DNA of 63,898 bases, filler included, from Octopus bimaculoides (Eukaryota), in the NCBI RefSeq assembly GCF_001194135.2. It is 4 parts of 4 records of this genome, joined end to end, with 100 filler letters (N's around TTAATTAATTAA, not from the genome) between each part and the next. Parts side by side here need not be neighbours in the genome. Positions count along the whole stretch, not along the records: positions 1 to 22,918 come from NC_068993.1; positions 23,019 to 49,708 come from NC_069002.1; 2 more parts are not named here. One strand, written 5' to 3'. Shown in pieces: positions 10,631 through 23,499 of this stretch; the stretch's first letter is position 1, and the number at the start of each line of letters is the position of its first letter. Made by a program: the position numbers and the translations under genes. The notes beneath the pieces are model-generated. The model was not told the DNA's origin. It saw only the letters and a list, made by a program, of their open reading frames with translations, and did no database searches.

Positions 10631-12817
10631 CAAACCAATGAAAACAAGCAAACAAACAAACAACAACAACAACGATCTGAGACTGGGAAACAATAACGAC
10701 AACAGCAACGACAATAACAAGTATAAGCTGCATATTTCCATGGCTCTTATTAAGTCCGCTTTTACGTAATGGCAATAAGCAATTACAACGAATAAAATAA
10801 GATTCAAACCAGACATGGGAACGCTTCTGTTGTGGATGGGTGAATGGGAGGCGAGAGCAAGCCACAAGTGAAGGGCAAGTCCAAGTTGATAGCTAACTAT
10901 ACCGTACTCCAAGTACTCGTACAATACTCATACAGTACAAGGTTTGAATTGCACCTATTCGGGGAACAGAGGAACACAGCTGGTGAGTGACAAGGGCTGA
11001 GTACTGGGTTAGTACTCTGGACCTGAGTACTTTGTACTCAATTCATACAAAGGGAATTGAATATGTGTCACATAAATCATGAACAAATGGCTTAAAGCAA
11101 GCTATTTTCCGTGTTGCAAACCACTGTTTATTCTCTTCAATGTAATATTTCTATATATAAAAAGAAAAAGGAAGTAAACATTTCCTTTTTGTCAGCAGCC
11201 ATTGCCAAAAGCGGGGTAACCAGTGACAATTAACGGATATTAATCAATGAACTAATTATTTATTTAATTAATCAACGCCGTTAGCCGATTACATAATTTG
11301 TCAATTTCGATAAACTGAAATTGCCATTCAGAATACAGAATTACAATCCTATTCCGCATGATTTCCAAATTTTTTCCCTGTTGTTTGTTGTAGCAATTGT
11401 CTGAATTGGAAAGTAGAATTGGATGCATTGTCTTGTAACCAATGAAAATGAAGTGGCATGAGAATCGAAATATCAATAACAGACTAATCGTTTGGTATCT
11501 GATTGTGTTGAAATGGTTGTAGTTATTATTATGGAAATAGTCAGGAATTAAATCTTATCTACATTGCTTGCCTAAAACTGGAACAGGAACATCTACCGTT
11601 ATTTGGTCTGTCGCAATAACAGCTAAATTCCTTCAAGTGACATCCTACTGTTTCAAAAACGAAAAAGGAACATAGAGTAATGTAGTCCTAGATATACTAT
11701 TTCTTAAGAAGAAGAGACGGTCACGGTTTGAACGCTTTCGATGAAGATTGCTCAATCAGAGCTGATTTAGGACTAAACAATGTTGTCAGCAAGAAACAAA
11801 TATATTTAATATTATTGGTACGAGTATAGTATCAACGAGTAAGTTCTGGGTACAACTTGGCTTGGTTATATAAAGAGTTAGACTAAAAACATAGTTGATG
11901 CGGAGACGTTTAATTTCTAAGGTTTTGTAAGGAAATAAAATACAACCATAACTAACTCTTTAATTATTGCTCGGTTACCGACGGATGGACAACACTCACT
12001 ATTTGGACCAAGCTGGATGTTTATAGTATAAAACAACTAAAAAAAAAAAAAAGAAAAGGAAACGAGAAAATAAAAGAAAAAGGAAAGAAAATCTTCCGAA
12101 GTTCCAAATCATCTCTAGGCATCTGTATCCAGCTTCGGCTTCATTAAATAGTTGAGGAATAAATGGACAAATAGTTGGACAGTGTGTTTATTGCAGCCAT
12201 CATTAACTGATCACCATTAACTTGGCGGACTGAGAGGCGTAAAAATGAACGAATCTGTTCAGAGGTATAACAGAATGCCTGAAGTATAACGGAATGCCTG
12301 AAGTAAATTTGCACCCAAGTTTTATGAAATTGTAAACCAGGACTAAGCAGCGGGACACGAACTTGGAATAATGTGATTGTGAAGCAAACCTTTTACCACA
12401 CAGCCATGTCTGAACCTATGGTGGGGAGACCGATAAATATATAAGATAAAAAGGAAGACTTTACTAACATTTTTTTTTACTAAGAAGTGAATATTGGGAA
12501 CGATATAAGGAACCCCTAAGTAAGGAGATTTGGCAGTTATTTCTGGCATGTAAACCGTCACTTTACCTGCAAGGAATAACTGTCAAATACCCACAAAATC
12601 TCACACTAGCGGCTTAAACACAATAAAAATGAGATACTGTAGGAAAAAGAATAAAAATTCTGTTGTTAGGACACATTACATAATTTAATCTTAGATATAC
12701 TATGCAAAGACGAAGTAGAACTGTTTGTTGGAATGCCATGGAACTAAACGATAAAAGCGGTCCTTAGATAAAACATGCGTTAGACTAAACAACAACTATT
12801 TTTGTTGTTGCATCGGA

Positions 12818-12871
<54 letters not shown>

Positions 12872-13138
12872 CACTACTACTACTACTACACACACACAGA
12901 CTCTCACACACATACGTACACACAATATGAGTAGTCTAGGAGTGTTTTGGTATATAAATGTATACAGTGAGTGTGTGCATACATANNNNNNNNNNNNNNN
13001 NNNNNNNNNNNNNNNNNNNNNNNNNNNNNNNNNNNNNNNNNNNNNNNNNNNNNNNNNNNNNNNNNNNNNNNNNNNNNNNNNNNNNNNNNNNNNNNNNATA
13101 TGTATATATGTATATATATATAAATATATATATATATG

Positions 13139-13189
<51 letters not shown>

Positions 13190-15274
13190 GTGTATATATG
13201 CATGTATGCATGCGTGTGTATATGTATAGCCTTAATTTCTAGATCGTCCCTCGTCTCCCATCAAAAGTCCCTGCTGCGTGTGCATTATCAATTAAGCATT
13301 AAGTCGCATTACTAACCAACCCAAAGAAGAATGACCACTTTGTATTCTTTCGAAGCTATTAGTATCGCCGTAGTCGGTTGCAGTGGGGTTTCTGCTTTCC
13401 AATGAAATTCCGTATCTCGTCTAAATCTTTCAGATCTATCTCACACGGAGAGATAAAAACATTCATTTACATTTGTTTCTATTTCACAGTGGGTCTACAT
13501 TAAATGGTATACTTTATAAGCTTAACTTTACATTTGAAATTATTCATTAAGCTCACTTCGTGGATCATTTAATTAATTGATACATGAAAGTATATATTTG
13601 TAAATATCTCCTATTGAAAACTCGCAATTTTTTCTATTTTCTACCAAGTTTCATTCTCAAACACAAGGTTACGGGTTCAGTCCCACTGCATGGCACTCTA
13701 TGAAAATGTTTTCCGACTAAAGAATTGTGAGTGGATTTGATAGGCAGAAACTGAAAGAAGCCCGTCGTGTATATATATATATTTGAATAAAAGAAGGGTG
13801 AAAATATCGCTTGCCAAAGAGGAAAGCGAAAGCTTCGAAAACCACCATTCCTACGATAGATACATACACGAGCAATGCAATAAACACTTCAAAAACTAGG
13901 CCTACCTTTAGGCCTACGCACATATGTATGTATGTATGTATGTATGTATATATCTGTGAGTGTGTATATTTGAGCTTGTGTTCGCCTTCTATCACTGTTT
14001 GACACTGTTGTTTCGTTTATGTTCCTGTAACTTCGTGCTTTGGCATAAGAGAACGATAGAATCAGTACCATGTTTAAAAAAGACAAACACCGGGGTCGAT
14101 TTGTTCGATTAAAACTCTTCAAGGCGGTGCCCCAGCATGGTCACGGACTGAAACAAATCAAAGATAAAAGAGAGAAGGGTGTATCTTTGCGATTTGTTTG
14201 AAACAAAAGAGTCTTGAAATCCGTAATCGATGTTTCTAGATCTTTTGTTGTATAGGACGAAGCGATGCTAGCGTCTAATAATGGTCCTTTATATCGGTAA
14301 AACTAGTGTGACTGGTGTAGACATTACCACCGGAAATTCAATGTTTTGACTCTAAGATGTATACTTCCGGGAGTGTATTTTCATTGTGTTTCGTTTGTGT
14401 TTCATGTTTGTCTTCTTTAATATTACTTTCATCATTAATCGTCTATTTTTAGTGGGAATTCTATATAAAACAGATGTGTTGTTTATCAATATTCTCTTCT
14501 TTTTCGTCATTTATAAAACTTTTTTTTTATTTACATAAAGATTGAATCACAATTTTATTACAAGGAAACAAAGAAAATGAAAGAAAAGTGCCGAAGATGT
14601 GATGGTGGACAAATGGCGTGTTCAGCCGCGATGGCGTTGCTGCGGATAATGGCCGGCGACACTCACTGTCGCAGCCATCCCACTTCGCGGGGTTCCTAGC
14701 TTTGTTTTGTGTTGTAACTGGTTCAATTACGCAGCATGATATTTAGGGCAAATATCTTTTCCCATATCTTTTCCCCATGTGATTGAAAGGACCAGCCTTG
14801 TAACATATTGTGTCACGCTGATTCAGCAAGAAAAGGATATAAGTTAACCTGTCAGTCACTTTCATGTTCATTTAACGACTAGAAACATTTCAGTTGATTG
14901 AATACCCGAATGTTCAGTGTCGAAATCGATGAAATATTCTCCACCATTAGTGCATATGAACACATGCAAACAGATATGAACACACACATATAAACGCATG
15001 TATACGTATATATGTGTGTGTATGTATCCACGTGTGTTTAGGTTTACAAAGGTGGGCCTTTATTATCTGTAACTTCAAGGTATGCCAATTAGAATTCGTA
15101 TAAAATAAGTACCAGCTGAGGATAAATATTGAGTCAAAAAACAGAGACAGTGACAAACGAGGGAACAACAAACAAGGTGTATTAATTTGAGGCTCAGGAA
15201 AAATAGAAGTGTATTTGACGTTTCGAGCCTAGGCTCTTTTACCGAAAGGAATGGGGAGAGAAAACAGATGTAAT

Positions 15275-15555
15275 CGATGTAATCGATTTAATACCTTTGT
15301 CTGTCTTTGTATGTCCCGTCTATGTCTAGCCCCTTGTGGGCAATAAAGAAATAAGAAACGTTAGCACACCGGGCGATATGCTCAGCGGTGTTTTGTCTGC
15401 CGCTACGTTCTGAGTTCAAATTCCGCCGAGGTCGACTTTGTCTTTCATCCTTTCGGGGTCGACAAATTAAGTACCAGTTGCGTACTGAGGTCGATCTAAT
15501 CGACTGGTCCCCTCTCCAAACATTTCGGGCCTTGTGCCCAGAGTAGAAAAGAGTA
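15275..15555 (+). mobile_element. Family A SINE dimer (truncated monomer 1 tail joined to monomer 2)
   Basis: ...ccccttgtgggcaataaagaaataag|aaacgttagcacacc...cttgtgcccagagtagaaaagagtatt; the same junction occurs at about 38832. Confidence 0.8.
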
Positions 15556-16627
15556 TTATCATTGTTTTCGTTCCCTCCGGAAGGTGTTGAGCCTCACTAG
15601 TTTGCTTCTCCCGTTTTCTCTTTGGACAAGCTTTGGGAGTTTCTCTCAAGTTTCTATATTTTTCGTCTAGAAATACTCTTTCAGTTACATTTGCAGACTC
15701 TGCAAAGGAGCTGGGTTCCCAGTGCCGTTAAAGTAACTGTTGTTATTGTTGCTGCTGCAGCTGTTGTTGTTGTTGGTTCTGACCACAAACATGGATGTAG
15801 TAGTGATCTCGGTGGTAGTAGAAATATTGATCTTGGTGGTGGTGCTGACAGTTGCTAGAATGCTGGGGTGAATGGCTTATTTAATTCCCGCAGCAATAAC
15901 GGAAACATCGTTTATAACGACGGTGGCGCTGTCGTCGTCGTTATTTTCTTTCTTTCTTTCTTTCTTTCTTCGTTTTCGTCATTTTCCTCGTCGTCGTTGC
16001 TGCTGTCACTATTCTTCTCCTTTGAGACTCATAGATCCGGTAAATCTTTTCATAACCGCCCCCCACACACAAAAGAAGTGTTGTTGTTAGTCTTATTATC
16101 GTTGTTATTGTTGCTGCGATTGTTGTTGTTGTTGCTGATGTTACCGCTCATTATACTTGGGCTGTTAGTGTTGTTCTTCTTATTGTTATTGTTGTTTTTG
16201 TTGTTGTAGTTCACGGCTCTGTTGTTGCTGTTGTTGGTGGTGGTGATGATATCACTGAAAAAAATTTTCGTCTTTGGATAAAACCACACATTCATCTCCT
16301 AGGTAACCGACAGAATCTGGCGAATTGCAACCACCGTCACCAACATTGTCTCTGACTGTTCTTCTATCTTTAAATGTCAACACTGTTGTTGACATTTTTT
16401 TTTATTAATAGATGTCTGATAAAATACAGACAAGGGTTGCGAAAAAAGCCTGTGCCTTTTTGATTAGAGAAAACTGCGTGTTTTCAAAAATCCTCGCTTG
16501 AAAACGCTACGGAAACACTCAACCAGAAAAAAAAAAAAGAAATCCTTTGAAGAAACTTGTTAAAACTGGTATGGTTGGAGCATTATTAGGAACGGTTTAT
16601 ATTGGAACATTATTATTATTTTTGTCA

Positions 16628-16688
<61 letters not shown>

Positions 16689-16692
16689 GGTG

Positions 16693-16868
16693 AAGGCGCA
16701 TGGCTCAGTGGTTAGAGCGTCGATCTTACGATCGTTAGCTTGTGAGTTGGAATCCTGGACCGGACTGCGTGTTGTTGTCTTGAGCAAGGCACTTTATTTC
16801 ACGTTGCTCCAATTCACTCAGCTGTAGAAATGGGTTGCGACGTCACTGGTGCCAAGCTGTATCTGCCC
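16693..16868 (+). mobile_element. tRNA-derived SINE, family C
   Basis: ggcgcatggctcagtggttagagcgtc (A box) ... gagttggaatcc (B box) ... cttgagcaaggcactttatttcacgttgctcc. Related copies at about 45560-45770 (+) and 59240-59410 (-). Confidence 0.85.
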
Positions 16869-17546
16869 TTTGCTTTGTCGATGCCACTATTGTTGTCGAT
16901 GCCGTTATTGTGGATGCCGCTGTTTTGGATGCCGCTGTTGTGGATTCCGCTCTTGTGTAATTTCTCTTTGTATCTTCTGCTTTTCTGGCAATTGTAATTG
17001 TTGTTATTGTCGATGATGTTGTTCTTGTTGCTTCCCCCTTTTCATTGATATTCATGTTATTGCTAGTGATGTTGATGCTAACTTTCTGACTAACATATTT
17101 GTTCCAATACACTTTTATTTGTTATCTTTCTTCTTCTGAGAGTTTGTTCTGCCAAACCTTTGAGCCTCAGAATTATGATTGCAGGTTTCTCTCCAACGCC
17201 TTTTCCACTTCCTCCAACTCTCTATTTATTACCATTTCTTCGGCTCTTCCTACTCATCTTCGTTTTCTTTTTCATTCAAGGAATCAGAAGCTGCCAAAGT
17301 TAATATTAACAACTAGTTTTATTGGCAATGGATGTCATATGCTATTTAGTGATGCTCTGACTTTAAATCCACCTGAAGTCGGCACTGCATTTCATCTTTT
17401 GGGAGTTGATTATGTAAGGAGCAGTGAATTACAGGTGTCGTTTGAATTGACTAAATCCTCCTCTTCTCTAAATCAGCGACTTTGTGCTTATAAATATTAT
17501 TACAATTGTTATATTATTGTTGTTTCCGTAGCTGCTGTTACCACTA

Positions 17547-17584
<38 letters not shown>

Positions 17585-18070
17585 AAGGCGGCGAGCTGGC
17601 AGAATCATTGGCATGCCAGGCAAAATGCTTTGCAGTATTTCATCGGTCCTTATATTCTGAGATCAAATTCTGCTGAGGTTGACTTTGCCTTTCACCCCTA
17701 CGGGGTGCCAAAATTTGAAATCAATATTATCAAGGTGACGAGCTGGTAGAATCGTAAACGCACCGGACAAAATGCTTAGCAGCATTTCTTCCGACCGACT
17801 TAACGTTTTGAGTTCTAATTTCGAGGAGGTTGATTTTGCTTTTCATCTTTTTGGTATCATTAAGATAAGTACCAGTTAAACACCGAATCGATGTAATCGC
17901 TGTTTCCTCCCCCGAAATTGCTGGCCTTGTGCCAACATTTGAAACCAGTATTGTTGTTGTTATTGTTATTAAGGCGTTATTGTTGTTGTTGTTAGTATCG
18001 TTATTGGTTGTGTGTCGGAAAAAATGCTTCAAGATATTGAAGTACGATCGTTTACGTTCTGAGTTCGTGC
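17585..18070 (+). mobile_element. Cluster of two to three family A SINE copies or fragments
   Basis: aaggcggcgagctggcagaatc at 17585, aaggtgacgagctggtagaatcg at about 17732, and a partial copy near 18020. Confidence 0.8.
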
Positions 18071-19039
18071 AACTGAATTCAAGCTTTCGTGCAAACTTTA
18101 GAGGATGCGATAGAAATTGAAATTACAGCAAAGCTTTCCTGCTTCTAATTCTATGACCAAAACTGGACGATAAAAATCACAGTCTACTTCGGCGAAGGTT
18201 GAAATCAGAAACTGGAAGGTGCTCTAGCCTCTGTGCCAACGTTGCATTACTTCTAGAATTTTCTAGAATAGTCAGTTATCTCGATTTAATTGATTACAAA
18301 AATGGTCTTTGTTAATTAGTTATTCATCAGCTCTTATCTTGTTATGGGAAATGGAAATAAATATGAGATGTGGCACGTAACCACATATATACCTTCATCC
18401 ACAGAAGCAGATATATACATACTTACATATGTGTATACATTCCTATGTAGGTACATGTATTTATAGATTCACGAACACACACACACACACACATACGCGC
18501 GTACATATAGTTGTACATATACAGACACAAGCGATCATTATGCATATACACCCGTGTACGGGGATATACGCAAACACTACCGCATCCACTGATTAGGGAC
18601 TTCGTACACAATGACATCCAATTATCTTTACAGAGAACACAACACACATTTTCACCTCCCTTTCATTAATCAGCACTAACGTAAACACATATATTTAAAT
18701 ACACAAATACACATACACACATATATACACACATATATACACACAAAAAATAGCATCACCAACGTAGAAACGCTAATAAACACACACAGAACTCCTCACG
18801 GAAGGATACAATAACGCGCGTACACACACACCAGAATACAAAACACGTATAATCACAAAGATACGTATTCGTACTCTACTTCAGCGAGTCACCTTCAACG
18901 AAATCCAATAAAATTTGCAAAGAACTGCCAAAGACCGTGACATTTGATTAGCAACTAAAAGCAAAAGACAATTATATGATCTATCTTTACTTGTTAATTT
19001 AATTTGAAACTCTAGCAACGCCTAATAGAGTAAGAGGTC

Positions 19040-19554
19040 TTAATGTCACTAAGAAAGCTTCAAACATGGCCCGTTTGTAATATAGTTTTCTTAGCGGTTT
19101 GTCACAGGAGCTTGCTCAATAATCACTACGGTAGACTGGACACGGAGAAAACACACAAGAATGCACTTAATTACGGTGTACATACACAAGTGTACAATAC
19201 AATGGCTTATATAGGCAATGACTTACATGTTTCAGTATTGGGAAGATGTGGCTTTCATTCGTTTAATCTTACAGCCGTTGGTGAGAAATTTCACTCAGCT
19301 CAACCTGTGTAATTGAGTAGGGTCTTTGATGAAGGATTCAAGGATGCCAAAACAACTCTTTTATGGAGAGTTAGCTAAAGGAGAACGACCTCCATATCAA
19401 CCAAAAATAGAAGAGACATACATACATACATACATACATACATACATACATACATACATACATACACACTACCTAAATACCAATCTTGAGAAATTAGGCT
19501 TCTCAAAATTATCAGGAGAGATGCAAGCATCTCTTAAGGAAGAGATAGATAGAC

Positions 19555-19589
<35 letters not shown>

Positions 19590-19810
19590 AAGACAGACAG
19601 ACTGAAGGCTTCCTTAAGAGATGCTTGCATCTCTCCTGACACATGGGGGGAGGGGGGCATAGCTATTGACTGTAGCAGGCGGGGAAGGATTGTACACGAG
19701 GGTACAGCTACTTTTGAGAAATCTCGAGTTGCGCATGAGAAAGTAAAGAGGGATGTCAGGAAGGGCATCGCTGTTGCATTTCCAGATGGTAAGGGTCTTC
19801 CGATGATGAT
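19040..19810 (+). mobile_element. RTE-clade LINE 3' fragment interrupted by a composite insert (about 19410-19600)
   Basis: 'MKDSRMPKQLFYGELAKGERPPYQPK' resumes after the insert as 'LKASLRDACISPDTW...RIVHEGTATFEKSR'. This matches RTE 'RLPKQLLYGEL..G.R...YKD.LKASLK...I...TWE' motifs and is followed by a (gat)n tail. Confidence 0.8.
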
Positions 19811-20227
19811 GACATGCAGTTTATTAAAAACAGCAGAAACTGTTACTCACAAAAAGTNNNNNNNNNNNNNNNNNNNNNNNNNNNNNNNNNNNNNNNNNNN
19901 NNNNNNNNNNNNNNNNNNNNNNNNNNNNNNNNNNNNNNNNNNNNNNNNNNNNNNNNNNNNNNNNNNNNNNNNNNNNNNNNNNNNNNNNNNNNNNNNNNNN
20001 NNNNNNNNNNNNNNNNNNNNNNNNNNNNNNNNNNNNNNNNNNNNNNNNNNNNNNNNNNNNNNNNNNNNNNNNNNNNNNNNNNNNNNNNNNNNNNNNNNNN
20101 NNNNNNNNNNNNNNNNNNNNNNNNNNNNNNNNNNNNNNNNNNNNNNNNNNNNNNNNNNNNNNNNNNNNNNNNNNNNNNNNNNNNNNNNNNNNNNNNNACA
20201 CACACACACACACACACACAGATACTC

Positions 20228-20739
20228 ATTTTTTTATATGAAATTATATATGTATGTTGTTATTGTGGGACTTTTTTTTCTTAAATCGTGAGTTTCTGAT
20301 TGAACAGGCTTTACTTCCTCTTTGACAACTGACTGCGAGTGTGTAGATATAGGTAAGTATATATACCTAGATGCATACACACACACATATATGTTCACAT
20401 ACACGCACATACATATGTATGGCTATACTTAGAGCTGCTGCTTACCAATACCATCAACGCTAACAAGATATTTATGATTGCAAATATATTCAGGATGCAA
20501 ACAGGGCCATTTATACATCTTCAATCCTATATTAATTTCTTTCGCTTATGCAAACGGGGATTATGTTGTCGGAGAGTTTCTGACGCATACATAAAACAGA
20601 TACGTACAGAGACATCCCTACACACATCCGGAGTCAGTTGTCAAAGAGAAGGTAAGGCCTGTTCAATCAGAAACTCATGACTTAAAAAAAAAAAATGTCC
20701 CGCAATAACATCATACATATATAATTTCATATAAAAATA
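20228..20739. repeat. Inverted-repeat pair with arms of about 120 bp (20228-20346 and 20618-20739)
   Basis: The left arm tatatgaaattatatatgtatgttgttattgtgggac...gagtttctgattgaacaggc...tctttgacaactgact has a near-identical reverse complement in the right arm. Confidence 0.9.
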
Positions 20740-21006
20740 AGCATGTGTGTGTGTGTGTGTGCGTGCGCGTGCGTGTGTGTGTATATATATTATATATATG
20801 CATATGTATATATATATGTACATGTATATATATGTATATATGTATCTCCCCCCCCTCTCTCTCTCTCTATATATATATATATCTATATACATATATACCA
20901 TTTAGGCATCGAGAGACCAATAACCTGGTGTAGAATTCAATATACGTATGTTTTAGAACAACGTGTTAGACGAGTATAGAGCGGAAAGAAGAAAAAGAGA
21001 TGACAG

Positions 21007-21233
21007 AGGAAAAACAATGGTTATGTTACGAACTCCATTAGCTTACAGCTGTTTCTGCAATAAGATGCAGTGGACTGTTAGTCAAGTGCCTGAATAACAT
21101 ACTGTAGCTTCGTCGGAGCCTCGAATAGGAAGCTATAAGATGCGATTCAGGCATTGAGCTACGATTCCATTGCATCTTATAGCGGAAACAGTTAAAAGCT
21201 AATAAGGTTCATAACATAACCATTGTTTTTCCT
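21007..21233. repeat. Palindromic fold-back element of about 227 nt (MITE-like)
   Basis: The arms pair throughout: aggaaaaacaatggttatgtta/taacataaccattgtttttcct, ataagatgcagtgga/tccattgcatcttat, tcaagtgcctgaat/attcaggcattga, tagcttc/gaagcta, leaving a loop of about 17 nt. Confidence 0.9.
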
Positions 21234-21246
21234 GTGCTATGTATAT

Positions 21247-21307
<61 letters not shown>

Positions 21308-22119
21308 NNNNNNNNNNNNNNNNNNNNNNNNNNNNNNNNNNNNNNNNNNNNNNNNNNNNNNNNNNNNNNNNNNNNNNNNNNNNNNNNNNNNNNNNNNNNN
21401 NNNNNNNNNNNNNNNNNNNNNNNNNNNNNNNNNNNNNNNNNNNNNNNNNNNNNNNNNNNNNNNNNNNNNNNNNNNNNNNNNNNNNNNNNNNNNNNNNNNN
21501 NNNNNNNNNNNNNNNNNNNNNNNNNNNNNNNNNNNNNNNNNNNNNNNNNNNNNNNNNNNNNNNNNNNNNNNNNNNNNNNNNNNNNNNNNNNNNNNNNNNN
21601 NNNNNNNNNNNNNNNNNNNNNNNNNNNNNNNNNNNNNNNNNNNNNNNNNNNNNNNNNNNNNNNNNNNNNNNNNNNNNNNNNNNNNNNNNNNNNNNNNNNN
21701 NNNNNNNNNNNNNNNNNNNNNNNNNNNNNNNNNNNNNNNNNNNNNNNNNNNNNNNNNNNNNNNNNNNNNNNNNNNNNNNNNNNNNNNNNNNNNNNNNNNN
21801 NNNNNNNNNNNNNNNNNNNNNNNNNNNNNNNNNNNNNNNNNNNNNNNNNNNNNNNNNNNNNNNNNNNNNNNNNNNNNNNNNNNNNNNNNNNNNNNNNNNN
21901 NNNNNNNNNNNNNNNNNNNNNNNNNNNNNNNNNNNNNNNNNNNNNNNNNNNNNNNNNNNNNNNNNNNNNNNNNNNNNNNNNNNNNNNNNNNNNNNNNNNN
22001 NNNNNNNNNNNNNNNNNNNNNNNNNNNNNNNNNNNNNNNNNNNNNNNNNNNNNNNNNNNNNNATATAGGTGAACGTATATATGTGTGTAAACATATATAT
22101 CTATATATAAATATATACT

Positions 22120-22159
<40 letters not shown>

Positions 22160-22166
22160 TATACAA

Positions 22167-22219
<53 letters not shown>

Positions 22220-23253
22220 CATGTACATTCATACATGGATTCACACATATCTATCTATCTATCTATCTGCATTACACACACACATACACACACAAGTATA
22301 TGTAAATGAAGTGGATAATATCTATTCAGTGTTCATTAAAAGAAATCAGACATTTGCATTGAAATACGCTGGTAGCGGAACACCAACCAGCATTGAATAT
22401 AAAATATAAAAAATGGGTTTGAAAGGAACAGTGAAAAGTTTATTCGGCAAAACTCAACAAATAGGAATATTTTTCCTATTCGTAAGAGAAATGTAATTAC
22501 GTTTCCTTATGGTTAGTAATGTCTATCTCTCTTTCTATCTATCTCTATGGACGGACGGTAGACGTGTCGGCTCTGTAAGTTTTGCCTTTTTCATGTTTTA
22601 AAAAGTTTGTTTGTAAAGTTTATTTTATATACAAAGTTGTATAACAACTTGTAGACTCTCTGGTGCAAGTTTTTTGCGACGGAAATCTGCCCTGTGTGGC
22701 ACATTTCCAGGATATAAAAACCAATTTCGGCTTTCTAGCCATTTTTTTTTGAGACGATGGCGTCTTGTAGCCATGAAAATCTTTGTGACACGAACGCTGC
22801 ATTTTGCAGTGTTTCGTTCGAAAAAGAATTTCCTAGTCTTCCTTCCTCACAGTTAAACGAGAGAATGGAGAAAAAGAAAAAAGAATTTACACACACAAAT
22901 TCAAGTGTTAACACCGCCNNNNNNNNNNNNNNNNNNNNNNNNNNNNNNNNNNNNNNNNNNNNTTAATTAATTAANNNNNNNNNNNNNNNNNNNNNNNNNN
23001 NNNNNNNNNNNNNNNNNNCATACATACATACATACATACATACATATGTATATGTTCAGTAGTGGCCAAAAATAGATATTTAAATTTATACCTCATTTTT
23101 CTGAATGGTATTTATACTGTTTATACTTTAAAGTATATTCATTATTTACAATAAATTTTGTAGGAAGTGATTAATAACTAATTTATAAGTCAAAATTTTA
23201 AAAGTTCAAAAAGTAAAATAGTAAAATCTAGCAACACTATGTATGTGCGTGTG

Positions 23254-23300
<47 letters not shown>

Positions 23301-23499
23301 AACACCCATCTGTTATCAACCGTATTTTTTTCTTTCTCGCTTATTTTTTGTTCATTTTCTACAATAACAAAATAAAAGACAAAGAAAGAAAATGAAAAAA
23401 ATAAAGTAGTTCGTTTGAACATAGAAATGTTGGAGTTGTTGGCTGAGCACTTCGAGATGAGTGAGACTGATGGCAAACTTCAAATCTCGTCTCCAGCCC

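Noticed and set aside
12568-12637. Strong minus-strand acceptor and donor pair as the missing exon 2
   Set aside because: Stops occur in all three frames and there is no YD..RP motif.
22963-22974. TTAATTAATTAA embedded in N runs (also 49753-49764 and 61095-61106)
   Set aside because: Each is centred in an exactly 100-bp gap (44 N + 12 + 44 N) and gives stops in all six frames. It is an assembly linker, not biology.
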